Shown one piece after another: positions 34,447-45,657 of a stretch of 64,000 bases of DNA. A program made the position numbers and the translations under genes. The notes beneath the pieces were generated by a model. That model saw only the letters and a program-made list of their open reading frames with translations, ran no database searches and was not told where the DNA came from. The stretch covers positions 5,799 through 69,798 of the forward strand of contig URDT01000001.1 in assembly GCA_900546745.1 (NCBI GenBank). Direction: 5' to 3'. The stretch is from an uncultured Mycoplasmatota bacterium. GTDB taxonomy: Bacteria > Bacillota_I > Bacilli_A > RF39 > UBA660. Each line of letters opens with the position of its first letter. Within the stretch, counting starts at the first letter, position 1.

Positions 34447-35631
34447 ATGAAATCAATAGAAAAATTTATTCACTCTTTAGAAGTGTTAAGAATTAATTTA
34501 CAAAGTGAAATGCTTTCTAACTTAAAGTTTCAACAAGATGAATTATCCAAAATTGTTACTTCAAATGATTGGTCAAAAAAAGAAGAAATCGATAAAAACT
34601 TATTAGAAAATGAAATAAAAATATGTAAACATTCTTTAATTTCAAATGTGTTGAGAATTTTACAAATAGATCCATCAAGTTGGAACATGTGTGGTGAAAT
34701 ATTTGTTGAATTTGATTTGTTATCTGAATTGTTGATAGAAACAAAATTAAATATGAAAGAACAAGCAGAGATAATAGAATATTTAATTTCTAAAAATTTA
34801 GCTGCTGGAGTAGCAAATGCAAAAGTTGATTATTTTGATATAAGGAAATTAAACGATTTTGAATTCAAGAATATTACTTACCAACAAGCAGAAGAGTTCC
34901 TTAAAACAGATGGCTACCGCAGATTATCAGAAAAGGAAAAAAAGACAGAATTGGAAACAAATGCATTCATAGAATTACAAAACTTTATTAATCAAAATAT
35001 GGAACAACGTAATGATATAACAACTATTCATAAGACTATAGAAGAGGATTATTTCAACCACAAAGATAGTCTTACTGAAGAAAATATAACTAGTTATATT
35101 GACCAATTAAAAAAATTAAAGTTATCTGATGAAGTAGCAACATCATTAAGAATATTTTTAATGAAAAAAATAAAAAAAGAAAAACCAACACTTCAACTGA
35201 AAACAATCAAAAATTTAAAAAAGGATGTTATTTTATCTAAAAAACAATATTATGAATTAGAGTCAAAATTAAAAGAAATGCTAGATTTGGATACAATGAC
35301 TTTTAAAAGAGAAATATATAGTGATGAGTTACAAAATTTATTTCAAATTATGATTCAATTAAAATATGATAAAGAAACAATTTATGAAGTTGCTAGAAAA
35401 TATGAAAAAATGAATCAACAAAAGAATGCTATAGTATTATATTTAGAAGTGATTGACCAATTAAGAGATTATATAAGTGAAGAGGAAGTTCATAACTTAG
35501 AAGAAATCTTCCAAGAAACATTCATTTGTAATTCAGAAGATTATATAGAATGGAAAAATATGTTAAAAGAAAATTTACTTGACCAAATAAATCAAATTCC
35601 AAAAGATCATATTTTAAAATTAGTAAAGTAG
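34447..35631 (+). CDS. Hypothetical helical protein
   Basis: ORF only. Confidence 0.35.
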   Translation: MKSIEKFIHSLEVLRINLQSEMLSNLKFQQDELSKIVTSNDWSKKEEIDKNLLENEIKICKHSLISNVLRILQIDPSSWNMCGEIFVEFDLLSELLIETKLNMKEQAEIIEYLISKNLAAGVANAKVDYFDIRKLNDFEFKNITYQQAEEFLKTDGYRRLSEKEKKTELETNAFIELQNFINQNMEQRNDITTIHKTIEEDYFNHKDSLTEENITSYIDQLKKLKLSDEVATSLRIFLMKKIKKEKPTLQLKTIKNLKKDVILSKKQYYELESKLKEMLDLDTMTFKREIYSDELQNLFQIMIQLKYDKETIYEVARKYEKMNQQKNAIVLYLEVIDQLRDYISEEEVHNLEEIFQETFICNSEDYIEWKNMLKENLLDQINQIPKDHILKLVK

Positions 35632-35685
35632 ACTTAGGTCTACTTTTATTTGCGTCGATGTGATATGATAAAGTAGGTGATGTTT

Positions 35686-37851
35686 GTGAAAGAACTACTT
35701 TCTCCGGCTGGAAATATGGAATCTTTAAAAGCTGCTATTTCCGCAGGTTGTGATGCAGTATATTTAGGGGGATATACATTTGGTGCTAGAAATTATGCTT
35801 CTAATTTTTCTGATCAAGAATTAATAGATGCAATTGATTATGCTCATATATATGGTGTAAAAGTATATGTAACGGTAAATACTATGATATATGAAGATGA
35901 AACAGATCGTTTTATTCAGTATGTTGATTTTTTACATCAAAATAATGTAGATGCTGTTATTATTCAAGATTTAGGAATGATGGATTATTTAAGAAAAACT
36001 TATCAAAATTTAGAAATTCATGCTTCTACTCAAATGAATGTTCATAATGTAGAAGGAGCCAAATTCCTAGAAAAATTAGGGGTTAAAAGAGTTGTCTTAG
36101 CCCGTGAGACAAGTATTGAAGTAATAAAAGAAATTAAAAAACAAACAAATATTGAAATCGAAATATTTATACAAGGAGCTTTATGCCTTAGTTACTCAGG
36201 ACAATGTTTGATGAGTAGTTTACTAGGAGGAAGAAGCGGAAATAGAGGTACTTGTAGTCAATGTTGTAGAATGCAGTATGATCTTTTTCATAATGATAAA
36301 AAAATCAATAAAGACCAATACTTACTTAGTACAAAAGATTTAAATACATTAGAATATATCAAAGAATTAGTAAATATTGGAGTAGATTCCTTTAAAATAG
36401 AAGGTCGTATGAAACGCCCTGAATATGTTTATTTAATGACTAATATTTATAGAAAAGCAATCGATGGGAACTTGGATTCTATAGAAAACTCTCTTTTAGA
36501 GATGAAAAAGATATTCAATCGTGAGTTTACAAAAGGATTTTTATTTCATGAAAAAAATAATAATTTTATTAATCCTAAAAGACCAAATCATATTGGAATT
36601 CCAATTGGTACTATAGTTTCATGTAGTTCAAAATTTACGACAATTGAGTTAACGAATGAAGTTATTCAAGAAGATGGTATTCGTATTTTAAATAAAAAAG
36701 AAGATGTAGGTTTTATTTTAAATAAAATATATCTTCATAAAAAACTTGTAAATAGTGCGAAAAAAGGTGACATTATAGAAGTACCTACAAAAGGATTTGT
36801 TCAAAAAGGTGATCTTGTTTTAAAAACAACCGATAAAAAGCAAATGCTTTCTTTACAAGAACAAATGAAAAATACACGAAAAATCGATATTTCTATGGAT
36901 ATTGTAATTCATAAAAATGAGCCTATTTCTCTTTCAATATCTGATTTTAATCATAAAATTACTGTAAAAAGTGATTATATTGTAGAAGAATTTCAAAACT
37001 TACCAACTCCTAAAGCAAGGATCATAGAACAATTTAAAAAATTAGGAGATACTCCATTTTCTTTGAAAAATATTCATGTAGATTATGAAGATTCTTTTGT
37101 AAAAATTAGTGAAATTAATGAAATTAGGAGAAGAGCTGTTCAAAAATTAATTCAGGCTAGACAATATAAAATTCCCTATATTAAAAATACTTATGAAATA
37201 GATTTACCAAATTATTCTACTAATAGAAATATTTCTGTAATGATTAGAAATTTAGAGGATTATCATTTTATTCAAAATAAAAAACTAGATTCTATTTATA
37301 TGAAATCGGATATTATAGAAAAAATACAAGATCATAGAAAAGTTTTAAAAATTCCTAGAGTGAATTTTAATTTGAAGGAAATTCAAGGAAAAGTATTGAT
37401 TTCTGATTTAGGATCCTTAGAAAAATATAAACAAGTAATTACCGATTTTGGATTTAATGTAGCCAATTCTTATACAGTAGCATTCCTACATTCTTTAGGT
37501 GTTTTAAAAGTTACTTTATCTTATGAATTAACAAAAGAACAAATTAAAAATATTATTGAAGCTTATCATAAAAGATATTGTGTACATCCTAATTTGGAAG
37601 TTATTGTAAGTTCTTATCCAGAAGTTATGATTTCTAAATTTCGTTTATTAGATTATTTTCATATTCATAATGGCAAGAATTATTTAAAGGATAGACACCA
37701 ACATCAATTTAAAATAGAAGAAACTAGTGATATCATGACTATTTATCACTTTGAAAAAATAAAATTAGATTCCAATTCTATTTTTGAATTAGGAATTAAT
37801 AATGTAAGAATTCATATAGAAGATAATGATGATATAAATACCTTAAAATAG
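35686..37851 (+). CDS. Peptidase U32 family protein (collagenase-like)
   Basis: U32 signature E.GA.ALCLSYSGQCLMSSLLGGRSGNRGTCSQCCR. GTG start 5 nt after RBS aggtga. Confidence 0.8.
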   Translation: MKELLSPAGNMESLKAAISAGCDAVYLGGYTFGARNYASNFSDQELIDAIDYAHIYGVKVYVTVNTMIYEDETDRFIQYVDFLHQNNVDAVIIQDLGMMDYLRKTYQNLEIHASTQMNVHNVEGAKFLEKLGVKRVVLARETSIEVIKEIKKQTNIEIEIFIQGALCLSYSGQCLMSSLLGGRSGNRGTCSQCCRMQYDLFHNDKKINKDQYLLSTKDLNTLEYIKELVNIGVDSFKIEGRMKRPEYVYLMTNIYRKAIDGNLDSIENSLLEMKKIFNREFTKGFLFHEKNNNFINPKRPNHIGIPIGTIVSCSSKFTTIELTNEVIQEDGIRILNKKEDVGFILNKIYLHKKLVNSAKKGDIIEVPTKGFVQKGDLVLKTTDKKQMLSLQEQMKNTRKIDISMDIVIHKNEPISLSISDFNHKITVKSDYIVEEFQNLPTPKARIIEQFKKLGDTPFSLKNIHVDYEDSFVKISEINEIRRRAVQKLIQARQYKIPYIKNTYEIDLPNYSTNRNISVMIRNLEDYHFIQNKKLDSIYMKSDIIEKIQDHRKVLKIPRVNFNLKEIQGKVLISDLGSLEKYKQVITDFGFNVANSYTVAFLHSLGVLKVTLSYELTKEQIKNIIEAYHKRYCVHPNLEVIVSSYPEVMISKFRLLDYFHIHNGKNYLKDRHQHQFKIEETSDIMTIYHFEKIKLDSNSIFELGINNVRIHIEDNDDINTLK

Positions 37852-37896
37852 GTATTTTTTTCATATTAAGAAAGAAACTATAAAAGAGGTGATAAG

Positions 37897-38763
37897 ATGA
37901 TACTTCTTTATATTGAAGATAAAATTCTTTCTGGTACAATAGCAACTTACTTAGACTATTTAAATCTTGATTATACAACTAATATCGATCATAAAGTAGA
38001 ATGCGCTATTGTTGCTGAGATAAATCCTAAAACAAGAAAAATTGCTCAAACTACAAAAACTATTTTTATTGCTTATTTAGAAGAACAAAAGATTTATACA
38101 AAATTTATGAAAAAAAATAAAAATTCTAAGCAATACAAAGAAAAAATATTAAAATTTTTTGAAGATTGTACCAATATTGTTGTTAGTATGCCTATTTTTC
38201 AAAAAATCATCTCCTCTAGCACAAATATTACAGTAATTCCAAAAGAACCATTTCAGTTAAATTTAGTAAAAACAAAAAAAGGAAAAGATATTGTTTTTTA
38301 TGATCCAAAATATCAAAATTTGAATATGATTTATGAACTTTCTATTCATTATCCGAAACTTAAATTTTATTATGTTGGGTATAAAAATGAGTTAACGATG
38401 CGAGAACGAACTATCTTTAATAAACTTCCTAATAATGTAATAAAATGTAAAAAAATGGATATTATTTCTTATATGAATTTAGTAAATAGTGCCTATATTG
38501 TGATTCATAATGATATAGATGATTTTTATCAAATTCCAATATTACTCAAAAAAAATCTCATTATCAAAGATATTCCATATTATGAAAATTTTTTAATTCC
38601 AAGTAAAGATTGCTATTTTTATGATAATTTTAAATCTTTAGTTTTAAAATTGGAAAAAATAAAAAATAGACGACTTTCAAACTTGACAGATGAAGTTTAC
38701 TGTAAACTAAGTAAAATAGATTGTAAATATGTGTCTTATAAATACCAAATTCTTTTAGTTTAG
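37897..38763 (+). CDS. Hypothetical protein
   Basis: ORF only. Confidence 0.35.
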   Translation: MILLYIEDKILSGTIATYLDYLNLDYTTNIDHKVECAIVAEINPKTRKIAQTTKTIFIAYLEEQKIYTKFMKKNKNSKQYKEKILKFFEDCTNIVVSMPIFQKIISSSTNITVIPKEPFQLNLVKTKKGKDIVFYDPKYQNLNMIYELSIHYPKLKFYYVGYKNELTMRERTIFNKLPNNVIKCKKMDIISYMNLVNSAYIVIHNDIDDFYQIPILLKKNLIIKDIPYYENFLIPSKDCYFYDNFKSLVLKLEKIKNRRLSNLTDEVYCKLSKIDCKYVSYKYQILLV

Positions 38764-38812
38764 ACTATATTTTTTAAGAATATTCCTTTATAATGTAAAT
38801 AGAGGTGTTACA

Positions 38813-40933
38813 ATGCGAGAACAAGTTTTACAAATTTTAAAGAATACAGATAAGGCTTTAACAATTCATGAAATTAATGATATTATGGGATATAAAAGTA
38901 CTGATGATTTTAAATCTTTATTAAAAGTAATCAATGAATTAGAAGATGAATTTGTAATTTATCATACAAATAAAGATAAATTTATGCTTTTCAATAACAG
39001 TCATCTTAGAGTAGGAACTTTACTTTCTACAACAAAAGATTTTGCTTTTGTTGATATTGAAGGAGATGAAGATGTTTTTGTTCATGCTTCTAATTTAAAT
39101 GGAGCAATTCATAAAGACAAAGTTATTGTGGAGATTACTTCTAAGGCAGGACTTCGTTTAGAAGGAAGAATTGTAAAAGTAGTAGATCGTAATTTAAATC
39201 AATTGGTAGGAGAAATTTATTATAAAAATAATAAAGCTCATTTAAAGTTAGATGAAGAAAAATTTAAGATTGATGTAATTATTGAACCAGACAAATTAAA
39301 GAATGCGATGGAAGGACATAAAGTTCTAGCAAAAGTAACAAGACAAATTGCTGGAAATGTTTATCATGGAGAGGTAATTAAAATTATAGGACATAAAAAT
39401 GATCCTGGTGTTGATATTTTATCAATTGTATATAAGTACGGAATTAATGATACTTTCCCTGATAAAGTAGTGAAAGAATTAGATCAAATTCCAGATTCTG
39501 TGAAAGAAGAAGAGAAAAAAGGTAGAAGAGATTTAACAGACCATATGATTTTTACAATCGATGGGGATGATACAAAGGATATTGATGATGCTGTTGAAGT
39601 GGAAAAATTAGAAAATGGACATTATAAATTAGGCGTTCATATTGCAGATGTTAGTTATTATGTAAAAGAAGGTACTGCTTTATATGATGAAGCCTATGAA
39701 AGAGGTACAAGTGTTTATTTAGCAGATCGTGTAATTCCAATGTTACCTCATAAATTATCAAATGGAATTTGTTCTTTAAATCCTGGAGTAGAACGTTTAG
39801 CGCTTTCTTGTGTAATGGAAATTGATACAAAAGGAAATGTTGTCGATTATGAAATTTTTGAAAGTGTTATAAAATCTCGTAAACAAATGACTTATAAAAA
39901 TGTAAATAAGATTTTAGAAGAAAACATTGTCCCAGAAGGATATGAAGATTTTGCAGATTCTTTAAGAACTATGGAAGAATTGGCTAAAATATTACGTGCT
40001 AATAAGGTATCTAGAGGTTATATTGACTTTGATATTGATGAAGCCAAAATTATTGTAGATGAAGATGGAAAAGCTATTGACGTTACATTAAGAGAAAGAG
40101 GAACTGGAGAAAAGTTAATTGAAGATTTTATGATTGCTGCGAATGAAACAGTTGCTTCTTATATTTATTATTTGGAATATCCTTTTATTTATCGTGTGCA
40201 TGGTGAACCTAGTCCAGAAAAAATTAAAAGTTTTTTAACTTATGTAAGTTCTGCCGGATATCAATTAAAAGGCAAGGTAACAGAAATTTATCCAAGCACA
40301 ATGCAAAATTTATTAGATCAATTGAAAGATGCTCCTGAATATCCTGTATTTTCTTCTTTACTTTTAAGAAGTATGCAAAAGGCTGTTTATGATACGAATA
40401 ATATAGGACATTTTGGTTTAGCAAGTAAATGTTATACACATTTTACTTCTCCTATTCGAAGATTCCCAGATACTACTGTTCATAGATTATTACACAAATA
40501 TATTTTTGATGGTAAAAATGATGCTGATACTTTGAAAATGGAAGAGACTAAGTTACCAGAAATCGCAAAACATTCTTCTCAAAAAGAAAGAGATTCTGTT
40601 GATTGTGAACGTGAAGTAGATGATATGAAAATGGCTGAATATATGATGAATCATATAGGAGAAGAGTATTCTGGTATGATTAGTGGAATTACTAAATTTG
40701 GTATTTTTGTTCAACTTCCAAATTTAGTAGAGGGATTAATTCGTTTAGATGATTTAACAGATGATCATTATACTTATGATGAATCAACAATTCGTTTAAT
40801 TGGAACTAAAAATAAACGAGGATATCGTTTAGGAGATCAGTTAAATGTTGTTGTGAAGGCTGCAAATAAAGAAGCACATACAATTGATTTTGTTTTAGCA
40901 AAGGATAAAAAAAATGGTAGAAATAAAAAATAG
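38813..40933 (+). CDS. rnr: Ribonuclease R
   Basis: RNB catalytic domain (DIDDA...; [19 protein letters not shown]) plus a C-terminal S1 domain and basic tail. Confidence 0.9.
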   Translation: MREQVLQILKNTDKALTIHEINDIMGYKSTDDFKSLLKVINELEDEFVIYHTNKDKFMLFNNSHLRVGTLLSTTKDFAFVDIEGDEDVFVHASNLNGAIHKDKVIVEITSKAGLRLEGRIVKVVDRNLNQLVGEIYYKNNKAHLKLDEEKFKIDVIIEPDKLKNAMEGHKVLAKVTRQIAGNVYHGEVIKIIGHKNDPGVDILSIVYKYGINDTFPDKVVKELDQIPDSVKEEEKKGRRDLTDHMIFTIDGDDTKDIDDAVEVEKLENGHYKLGVHIADVSYYVKEGTALYDEAYERGTSVYLADRVIPMLPHKLSNGICSLNPGVERLALSCVMEIDTKGNVVDYEIFESVIKSRKQMTYKNVNKILEENIVPEGYEDFADSLRTMEELAKILRANKVSRGYIDFDIDEAKIIVDEDGKAIDVTLRERGTGEKLIEDFMIAANETVASYIYYLEYPFIYRVHGEPSPEKIKSFLTYVSSAGYQLKGKVTEIYPSTMQNLLDQLKDAPEYPVFSSLLLRSMQKAVYDTNNIGHFGLASKCYTHFTSPIRRFPDTTVHRLLHKYIFDGKNDADTLKMEETKLPEIAKHSSQKERDSVDCEREVDDMKMAEYMMNHIGEEYSGMISGITKFGIFVQLPNLVEGLIRLDDLTDDHYTYDESTIRLIGTKNKRGYRLGDQLNVVVKAANKEAHTIDFVLAKDKKNGRNKK

Positions 40934-41357
40934 AAAAGCAAATTTTGATTATGAAATTTTAGAAACATATGAAGCTGGTATCGTTTTAACAGGAACTGAA
41001 ATTAAATCGATTAGAGCAGGAAAAGCAAATTTAAAAGATAGTTACGCAATTGTTAGAAATAATGAGATTTATTTATTGAATATGCATATTAGTCATTATG
41101 AACAAGGAAATATTTTTAATCATGATGAGACAAGAACTAGAAAACTTTTATTTCATAAAAAAGAGATTTATAAAATAAGAGATTTTTTAGAAAAAGATGG
41201 ATTAACTTTAGTTCCTTTGAAACTTTATTTCAAAGATAATTATGCTAAAATATTAATTGGTGTTGCTAAAGGTAAAAAGAATTACGATAAAAGAGAAGCA
41301 ATGAAAAAAAGAGACAATTTGAGAGAAATAAAAAAAGAACTAAAGTATTTGTCATAA
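40914..41357 (+). CDS. smpB: SsrA-binding protein SmpB
   Basis: [40 protein letters not shown] is the SmpB signature. Directly upstream of ssrA. Confidence 0.9.
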   Translation: MVEIKNRKANFDYEILETYEAGIVLTGTEIKSIRAGKANLKDSYAIVRNNEIYLLNMHISHYEQGNIFNHDETRTRKLLFHKKEIYKIRDFLEKDGLTLVPLKLYFKDNYAKILIGVAKGKKNYDKREAMKKRDNLREIKKELKYLS

Positions 41358-41404
41358 ATTACCTATTGAACGAATAAATTATAGATGATATAATTTATTT
41401 TAAT

Positions 41405-41784
41405 GGGGCTGTCTTTGGTTTCGACAGAAATGTTCCGCTATAAACGGCAAGTCGTAGACATACGTTAAATGTACAAAAAAATAAATGCAAAAAATGTAAA
41501 AAATGTATTAGCTTCAGTATTCAAGAGAAATGCTGTAGCCTTTGCCTAATTTAATTTAGAGTGATACAACTTTCTTTATTACCTTTCCTGTGGGTAATGT
41601 AGAAGGTTCGATTTTAGCAGGATATATTATTACTGGTCTTCAAAGTAATAATGAAATTTAGAAGATTACTAAAAAAGAGTTGTTGACTACTAACTTTTTT
41701 AGGACATTAATTAGTCAGCTAAACTTGTAGAAATTTATAGTAGGGTGTTTTTGGACAGGAGTTCGACCCTCCTCAGCTCCACCA
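41405..41784 (+). ncRNA. ssrA: tmRNA (SsrA)
   Basis: 5' GGGGCTG...TTTCGACAG and a tRNA-like 3' end GGACAGGAGTTCGACCCTCCTCAGCTCCACCA. Contains a tag reading frame ending ...NAVAFA-TAA. Confidence 0.85.
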
Positions 41785-41795
41785 ATATGAAATTA

Positions 41796-41826
41796 ACCGT
41801 TGGAAATCAACGGTTTTAATTTTTTC
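41796..41826 (+). terminator. Terminator after ssrA
   Basis: aaccgttg-gaaat-caacggtt plus a T-run. Confidence 0.55.
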
Positions 41827-41846
41827 TGGTCTTGTTTTTGGTCTTG

Positions 41847-43019
41847 TTAATTATAAGTATTGTTTGTTTTTTTATTGATCAAGTCTACTATTTCTTTTTG
41901 AATATCATCAAATAGATGAAGATAAGTGTCTTGCATAACTTTTATTGTATGACCCATTCTTGCACTTGTTATAATAAAAAATTTAGTAGTGTCTGTTTGA
42001 CCATTTTTAACATATTCGTTTATTAAGAATGAAACATGACTATGCCTAAATTGATGTAGTGTTATTCTTTTTATGTCAGAGATTTTAAAATATTTATCTT
42101 TGTTAGTATCAATTTTATGTTGTTTTAACGGTTCATCATTTCCAAATACAAAATTATTAGGATTAAAATTTTTTTCTTCTTTAATTTTATTAAAATATGC
42201 GTACATTATATTGCATAAATTATTATCCATATCAATTTTTCTGTTTTTTAAGTTTTTTGTAGATGTTATTTTCCATTTTGATTGTCTTGTTTTAACTGTT
42301 AATGTTTTTGTTACATAAATAGTTCTTTTTTCAAAATTAATGTCATTCCAAGTTAAAGCTTGAATTTCACCTTTTCTCATGCCTGTAAAATAAACAAAAT
42401 TAAAAAAAGTTTTCCAAAAATCATCATTAATTGCATTTATAAATATTTTAAATTCGTCATATGTAATATATTTTAATTTTTCTTCATTTTTTATTACTTT
42501 TTCCTTCTCGTTCGCTTCAAGCTTAAAATTTCCAATTAATCTTGCTACATTAATTCGTAGTTTATAAAATTTAATGGCTGTTTCAATTATAGATGTCATA
42601 ATCATGTGACATTTATTTTTATATCGCATTGAATAATTTTTTTTCTTTAACCATTCATGCCATTTTAATATATCATTTTCATTTATATCATATATTTTTT
42701 TATTTTTATTAAAAAAAGGTAAAATATTATTTTTAATAACACTGCTATGTCCATAAATTGTTGATTCTTTATCATAAATAGTTAATTCGTCAATATATTT
42801 ATTAATGACCTCTCCAAGTGTTATACATTCAAATTCATTAATTTTTTTATTTTTTAATGAACTTTCTTCTTGATATGCTAACCAATATCCATCTCTACCA
42901 ATCCAATTTTTATTATGTCTTGTTATTTGTTTTTTCTGTCCATTCTCGTCAGTTATATAGGTTCTTATATAATATCTTTTTTGTCCATTCATTTTTTCTT
43001 TTTCTTCATATACTGGCAT
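41847..43019 (-). CDS. int: Tyrosine-type site-specific integrase
   Basis: C-terminal catalytic residues: R in ...GMRKGE..., LHQFRHSHVSFL (HxxR), and ...HTIKVMQDTYLHL (Tyr). Confidence 0.9.
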   Translation of the reverse strand: MPVYEEKEKMNGQKRYYIRTYITDENGQKKQITRHNKNWIGRDGYWLAYQEESSLKNKKINEFECITLGEVINKYIDELTIYDKESTIYGHSSVIKNNILPFFNKNKKIYDINENDILKWHEWLKKKNYSMRYKNKCHMIMTSIIETAIKFYKLRINVARLIGNFKLEANEKEKVIKNEEKLKYITYDEFKIFINAINDDFWKTFFNFVYFTGMRKGEIQALTWNDINFEKRTIYVTKTLTVKTRQSKWKITSTKNLKNRKIDMDNNLCNIMYAYFNKIKEEKNFNPNNFVFGNDEPLKQHKIDTNKDKYFKISDIKRITLHQFRHSHVSFLINEYVKNGQTDTTKFFIITSARMGHTIKVMQDTYLHLFDDIQKEIVDLINKKTNNTYN

Positions 43020-43390
43020 ATATGATCATCTCCTTTTAAATTGATTCGGTATATTAACACTTTTTCTTTTTTTTGTCAAAATAAGCGAACATTCGTTTAC
43101 TTTTTGCTAAAATAATTATATAATATATTTATTGAAAAAACAATGAACTTTATTGGTAATATTTTCCAATTTTAAAGTTGTTATTGGAAAGGGCAGTGGT
43201 AGTGTGTATAATGAAGATGTAGTATGTTGTATGAAGTATGTTGTATGTTGTAAATCTAGAAATAGGAGAACAGTATGACACTAATTGAATTGTACACAGT
43301 GCTACAAGATGATTTGCTTGATGTATTTGTTGAATATATTAAAGCAAAAGAAAAGGCACTAAATTAATTAGTGTCTTTTTTATTTTGATA

Positions 43391-43732
43391 TTATTTTTTT
43401 TCTTTTAACATAGCAACAATCTGCATAGCTTTTTCAAAGTCTTCCCTAGACATATCATCTATAGTATAATCCCACATACCTGCTTCTTTAAGAGCTGTTT
43501 TTAGTTTTTCCATATTATCTGCATCATCTTGGGTAAAATTAAGTAAGTAATCTATCGTAACACCAAAATATTGAGCTAATCTTTTTACAATCTCAAATGG
43601 TGGTTGGGTTATATTATTTTCCCAATTGGATATTGTAGTTTTCGCTACTTCACAAAATTCACCAATTTCTTCTTGTGTGAGATTGCGCTCTTTACGCAAT
43701 TCTTTTAATCTATCTCCAAACAGATGAATCAC
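43391..43732 (-). CDS. Phage repressor (cI-like, XRE HTH)
   Basis: HTH LKELRKERNLTQEEIGEFCEVAKTTISNWE. Divergent from the cro-like gene. Confidence 0.7.
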   Translation of the reverse strand: MIHLFGDRLKELRKERNLTQEEIGEFCEVAKTTISNWENNITQPPFEIVKRLAQYFGVTIDYLLNFTQDDADNMEKLKTALKEAGMWDYTIDDMSREDFEKAMQIVAMLKEKK

Positions 43733-43859
43733 CCCATCCTTTTAAATTTTTATATATATACGTAGTATATATATAAATTATATCATAAAATTTAAAAAAA
43801 TGATGACAAACATAAGAAAATTTCAAATAATTTGGACAAAACACCAAACAAATTTAAAA

Positions 43860-44313
43860 AAATAAAAAAAAATATTGACATAGTTCAAGAAACTTGGAAT
43901 ATTGTTATCGTAGGGTACAGATAAAGGATATCTTACAAGTGATAAAGTGGTGCTAATAGCACAAAAAAAGAATAGGTTCAGTCCTGAGAAAATTGAAACC
44001 TATCCTAATAAACAAGTGAGAAACTATTTTCTCGCAACATTTATCTTAACATGTGATAAATCGCTTATTTTGATATTAATGTCATTTGAAAATAGTAACT
44101 CTAAAATCTTGATGAGTATTTTTACTCACCTCACATTCTATTCCCTTCATATAAGAATAGAGTGCTATTACACCACTTATCACAAATGTATAAGAATGCA
44201 TGTGTGTTAAGTAGTACTTTAATTGTACTATAAAACACCTTAAAAAGTCAATATTTCATTGACAATTAGGTGTTTTCTTATACCAAAAAAAATAAAGAGA
44301 AAGGAGTGCAAGA
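43860..44313. promoter_or_regulatory. Divergent cI/cro-type switch region with promoters and inverted-repeat operators
   Basis: ttgacat...tattgt promoter near 43876. IR AAAACACCTTAA...TTAGGTGTTTT (44232-44276) overlaps a TTGACA box upstream of the cro-like gene. Confidence 0.5.
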
Positions 44314-44568
44314 GTGGGCAAAAGAGATACGATTGATAAGATGTTTTATAAAAATTTAGGTGAAATACTTTTAAAAGAGCGAAGAAAACATGGATATTCA
44401 TTAAGATATGTTGCTGAACTCACCGGAATATCAAGAACAACAATAGATAAATATGAACTAGGCCTTGCAAGAATTGATATGACTCGATGGAACAAACTTT
44501 GTAAAGCTTTACAATTACCAGAAAATATTCATCTGAAAATAGCCTTTGGAATGAGAGATTATGAATGA
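44314..44568 (+). CDS. Cro-like/XRE HTH regulator
   Basis: YSLRYVAELTGISRTTIDKYELG is an HTH. Confidence 0.55.
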   Translation: MGKRDTIDKMFYKNLGEILLKERRKHGYSLRYVAELTGISRTTIDKYELGLARIDMTRWNKLCKALQLPENIHLKIAFGMRDYE

Positions 44569-44834
44569 TAGAAACAGAAGATTTATCAAGTTATATTCCA
44601 GGATATGAAGAATATTTAGAATCAATTGAAAGAAGCAATCAATCTAAAGAAATTTACGATTATTCTGATGAATGCTATGAAGAAATGATGATAAGAAAGG
44701 AGATTGAAAAAATGGAAAGAAAAATTATTGATTTAAAGACTACAAATATGACTTTTGACGAAATTATGAATTTAAAAAATTATGTTTGGAAGAGTGATAA
44801 ATTGGTGCCTATTGAAATGATTGAGGATAAGTAA
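44565..44834 (+). CDS. Hypothetical phage protein
   Basis: ORF only. Start and stop overlap the neighbouring genes. Confidence 0.35.
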   Translation: MIETEDLSSYIPGYEEYLESIERSNQSKEIYDYSDECYEEMMIRKEIEKMERKIIDLKTTNMTFDEIMNLKNYVWKSDKLVPIEMIEDK

Positions 44835-45657
44835 TATGGAAAGTTTACAACTAATAGATATTGCTGATGATTTATTAATTTTAAATAGAAATACGATAGA
44901 AAACTTGTTCAAATTAGAAAACTGTGTAGATTGTGTTGTATTATATTTATTTTATTATAAATTAGCAAAATGGCAAAAAACTGATACAGTGAAAGCCAAT
45001 GATAGCTATGTTCAAAAAAGCTTGAAATGGGGAAGAAATAAAATATTAAGCACAAAACAAGCACTAAAAAATAGTGGACTTATTGAAATAGTACAACGCA
45101 GAAATGCTGGAAAAATAGATGGTTGGTTTATAAAAATTCATTATATCGTTTCAAAAAAAGATCAAGAAAAAATTATTGTTGAACAAGAAGTCTCCAAACA
45201 AGAAGTATCGAAATCTACTTGTGGTTTTGAAGAAACAAATGCTTTAAGAAATAATATTAATTGCTTAAAGAAAGAAATAGAATTGCTTAAAGAAGAAAAT
45301 AATAAACTTAAAAGTTTATTAAAAGAAAGTGAAAATTCATCTAATATAGAGGCCTACAAGGAAATTGTTGGATATATGAATGCAGTAAATGAACATCATA
45401 GATTTAATGTTAAAATTCCATTTTCTTATAAGTATCAATCTAAAGCAACTCAAAAATTAATTAATGCTAGATTGAGAGAAGGATATGATATTGAAGAATT
45501 TAAGGATGTTATTTGGTGGGGATATAAAAAATTTGTAGAAAATGAATTTACAACTCAAAATGGTGAATCAAGTTATAAATATTTTAGACCATCAACATTA
45601 TTTTCATCAGAACACTTTGAGGCTTATTTGAATGAATATAGAGCAAATACACAATAA
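44821..45657 (+). CDS. Phage replisome organiser (DnaD-like N-domain, conserved phage C-terminus)
   Basis: N-terminal winged-helix-like LYLFYYKLAKW. C-terminal ...FNVKIPFSYKYQSKATQKLINARLREGY...YFRPSTLFSSEHFEAYLNEY matches Phg_2220_C. Confidence 0.55.
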   Translation: MRISNMESLQLIDIADDLLILNRNTIENLFKLENCVDCVVLYLFYYKLAKWQKTDTVKANDSYVQKSLKWGRNKILSTKQALKNSGLIEIVQRRNAGKIDGWFIKIHYIVSKKDQEKIIVEQEVSKQEVSKSTCGFEETNALRNNINCLKKEIELLKEENNKLKSLLKESENSSNIEAYKEIVGYMNAVNEHHRFNVKIPFSYKYQSKATQKLINARLREGYDIEEFKDVIWWGYKKFVENEFTTQNGESSYKYFRPSTLFSSEHFEAYLNEYRANTQ

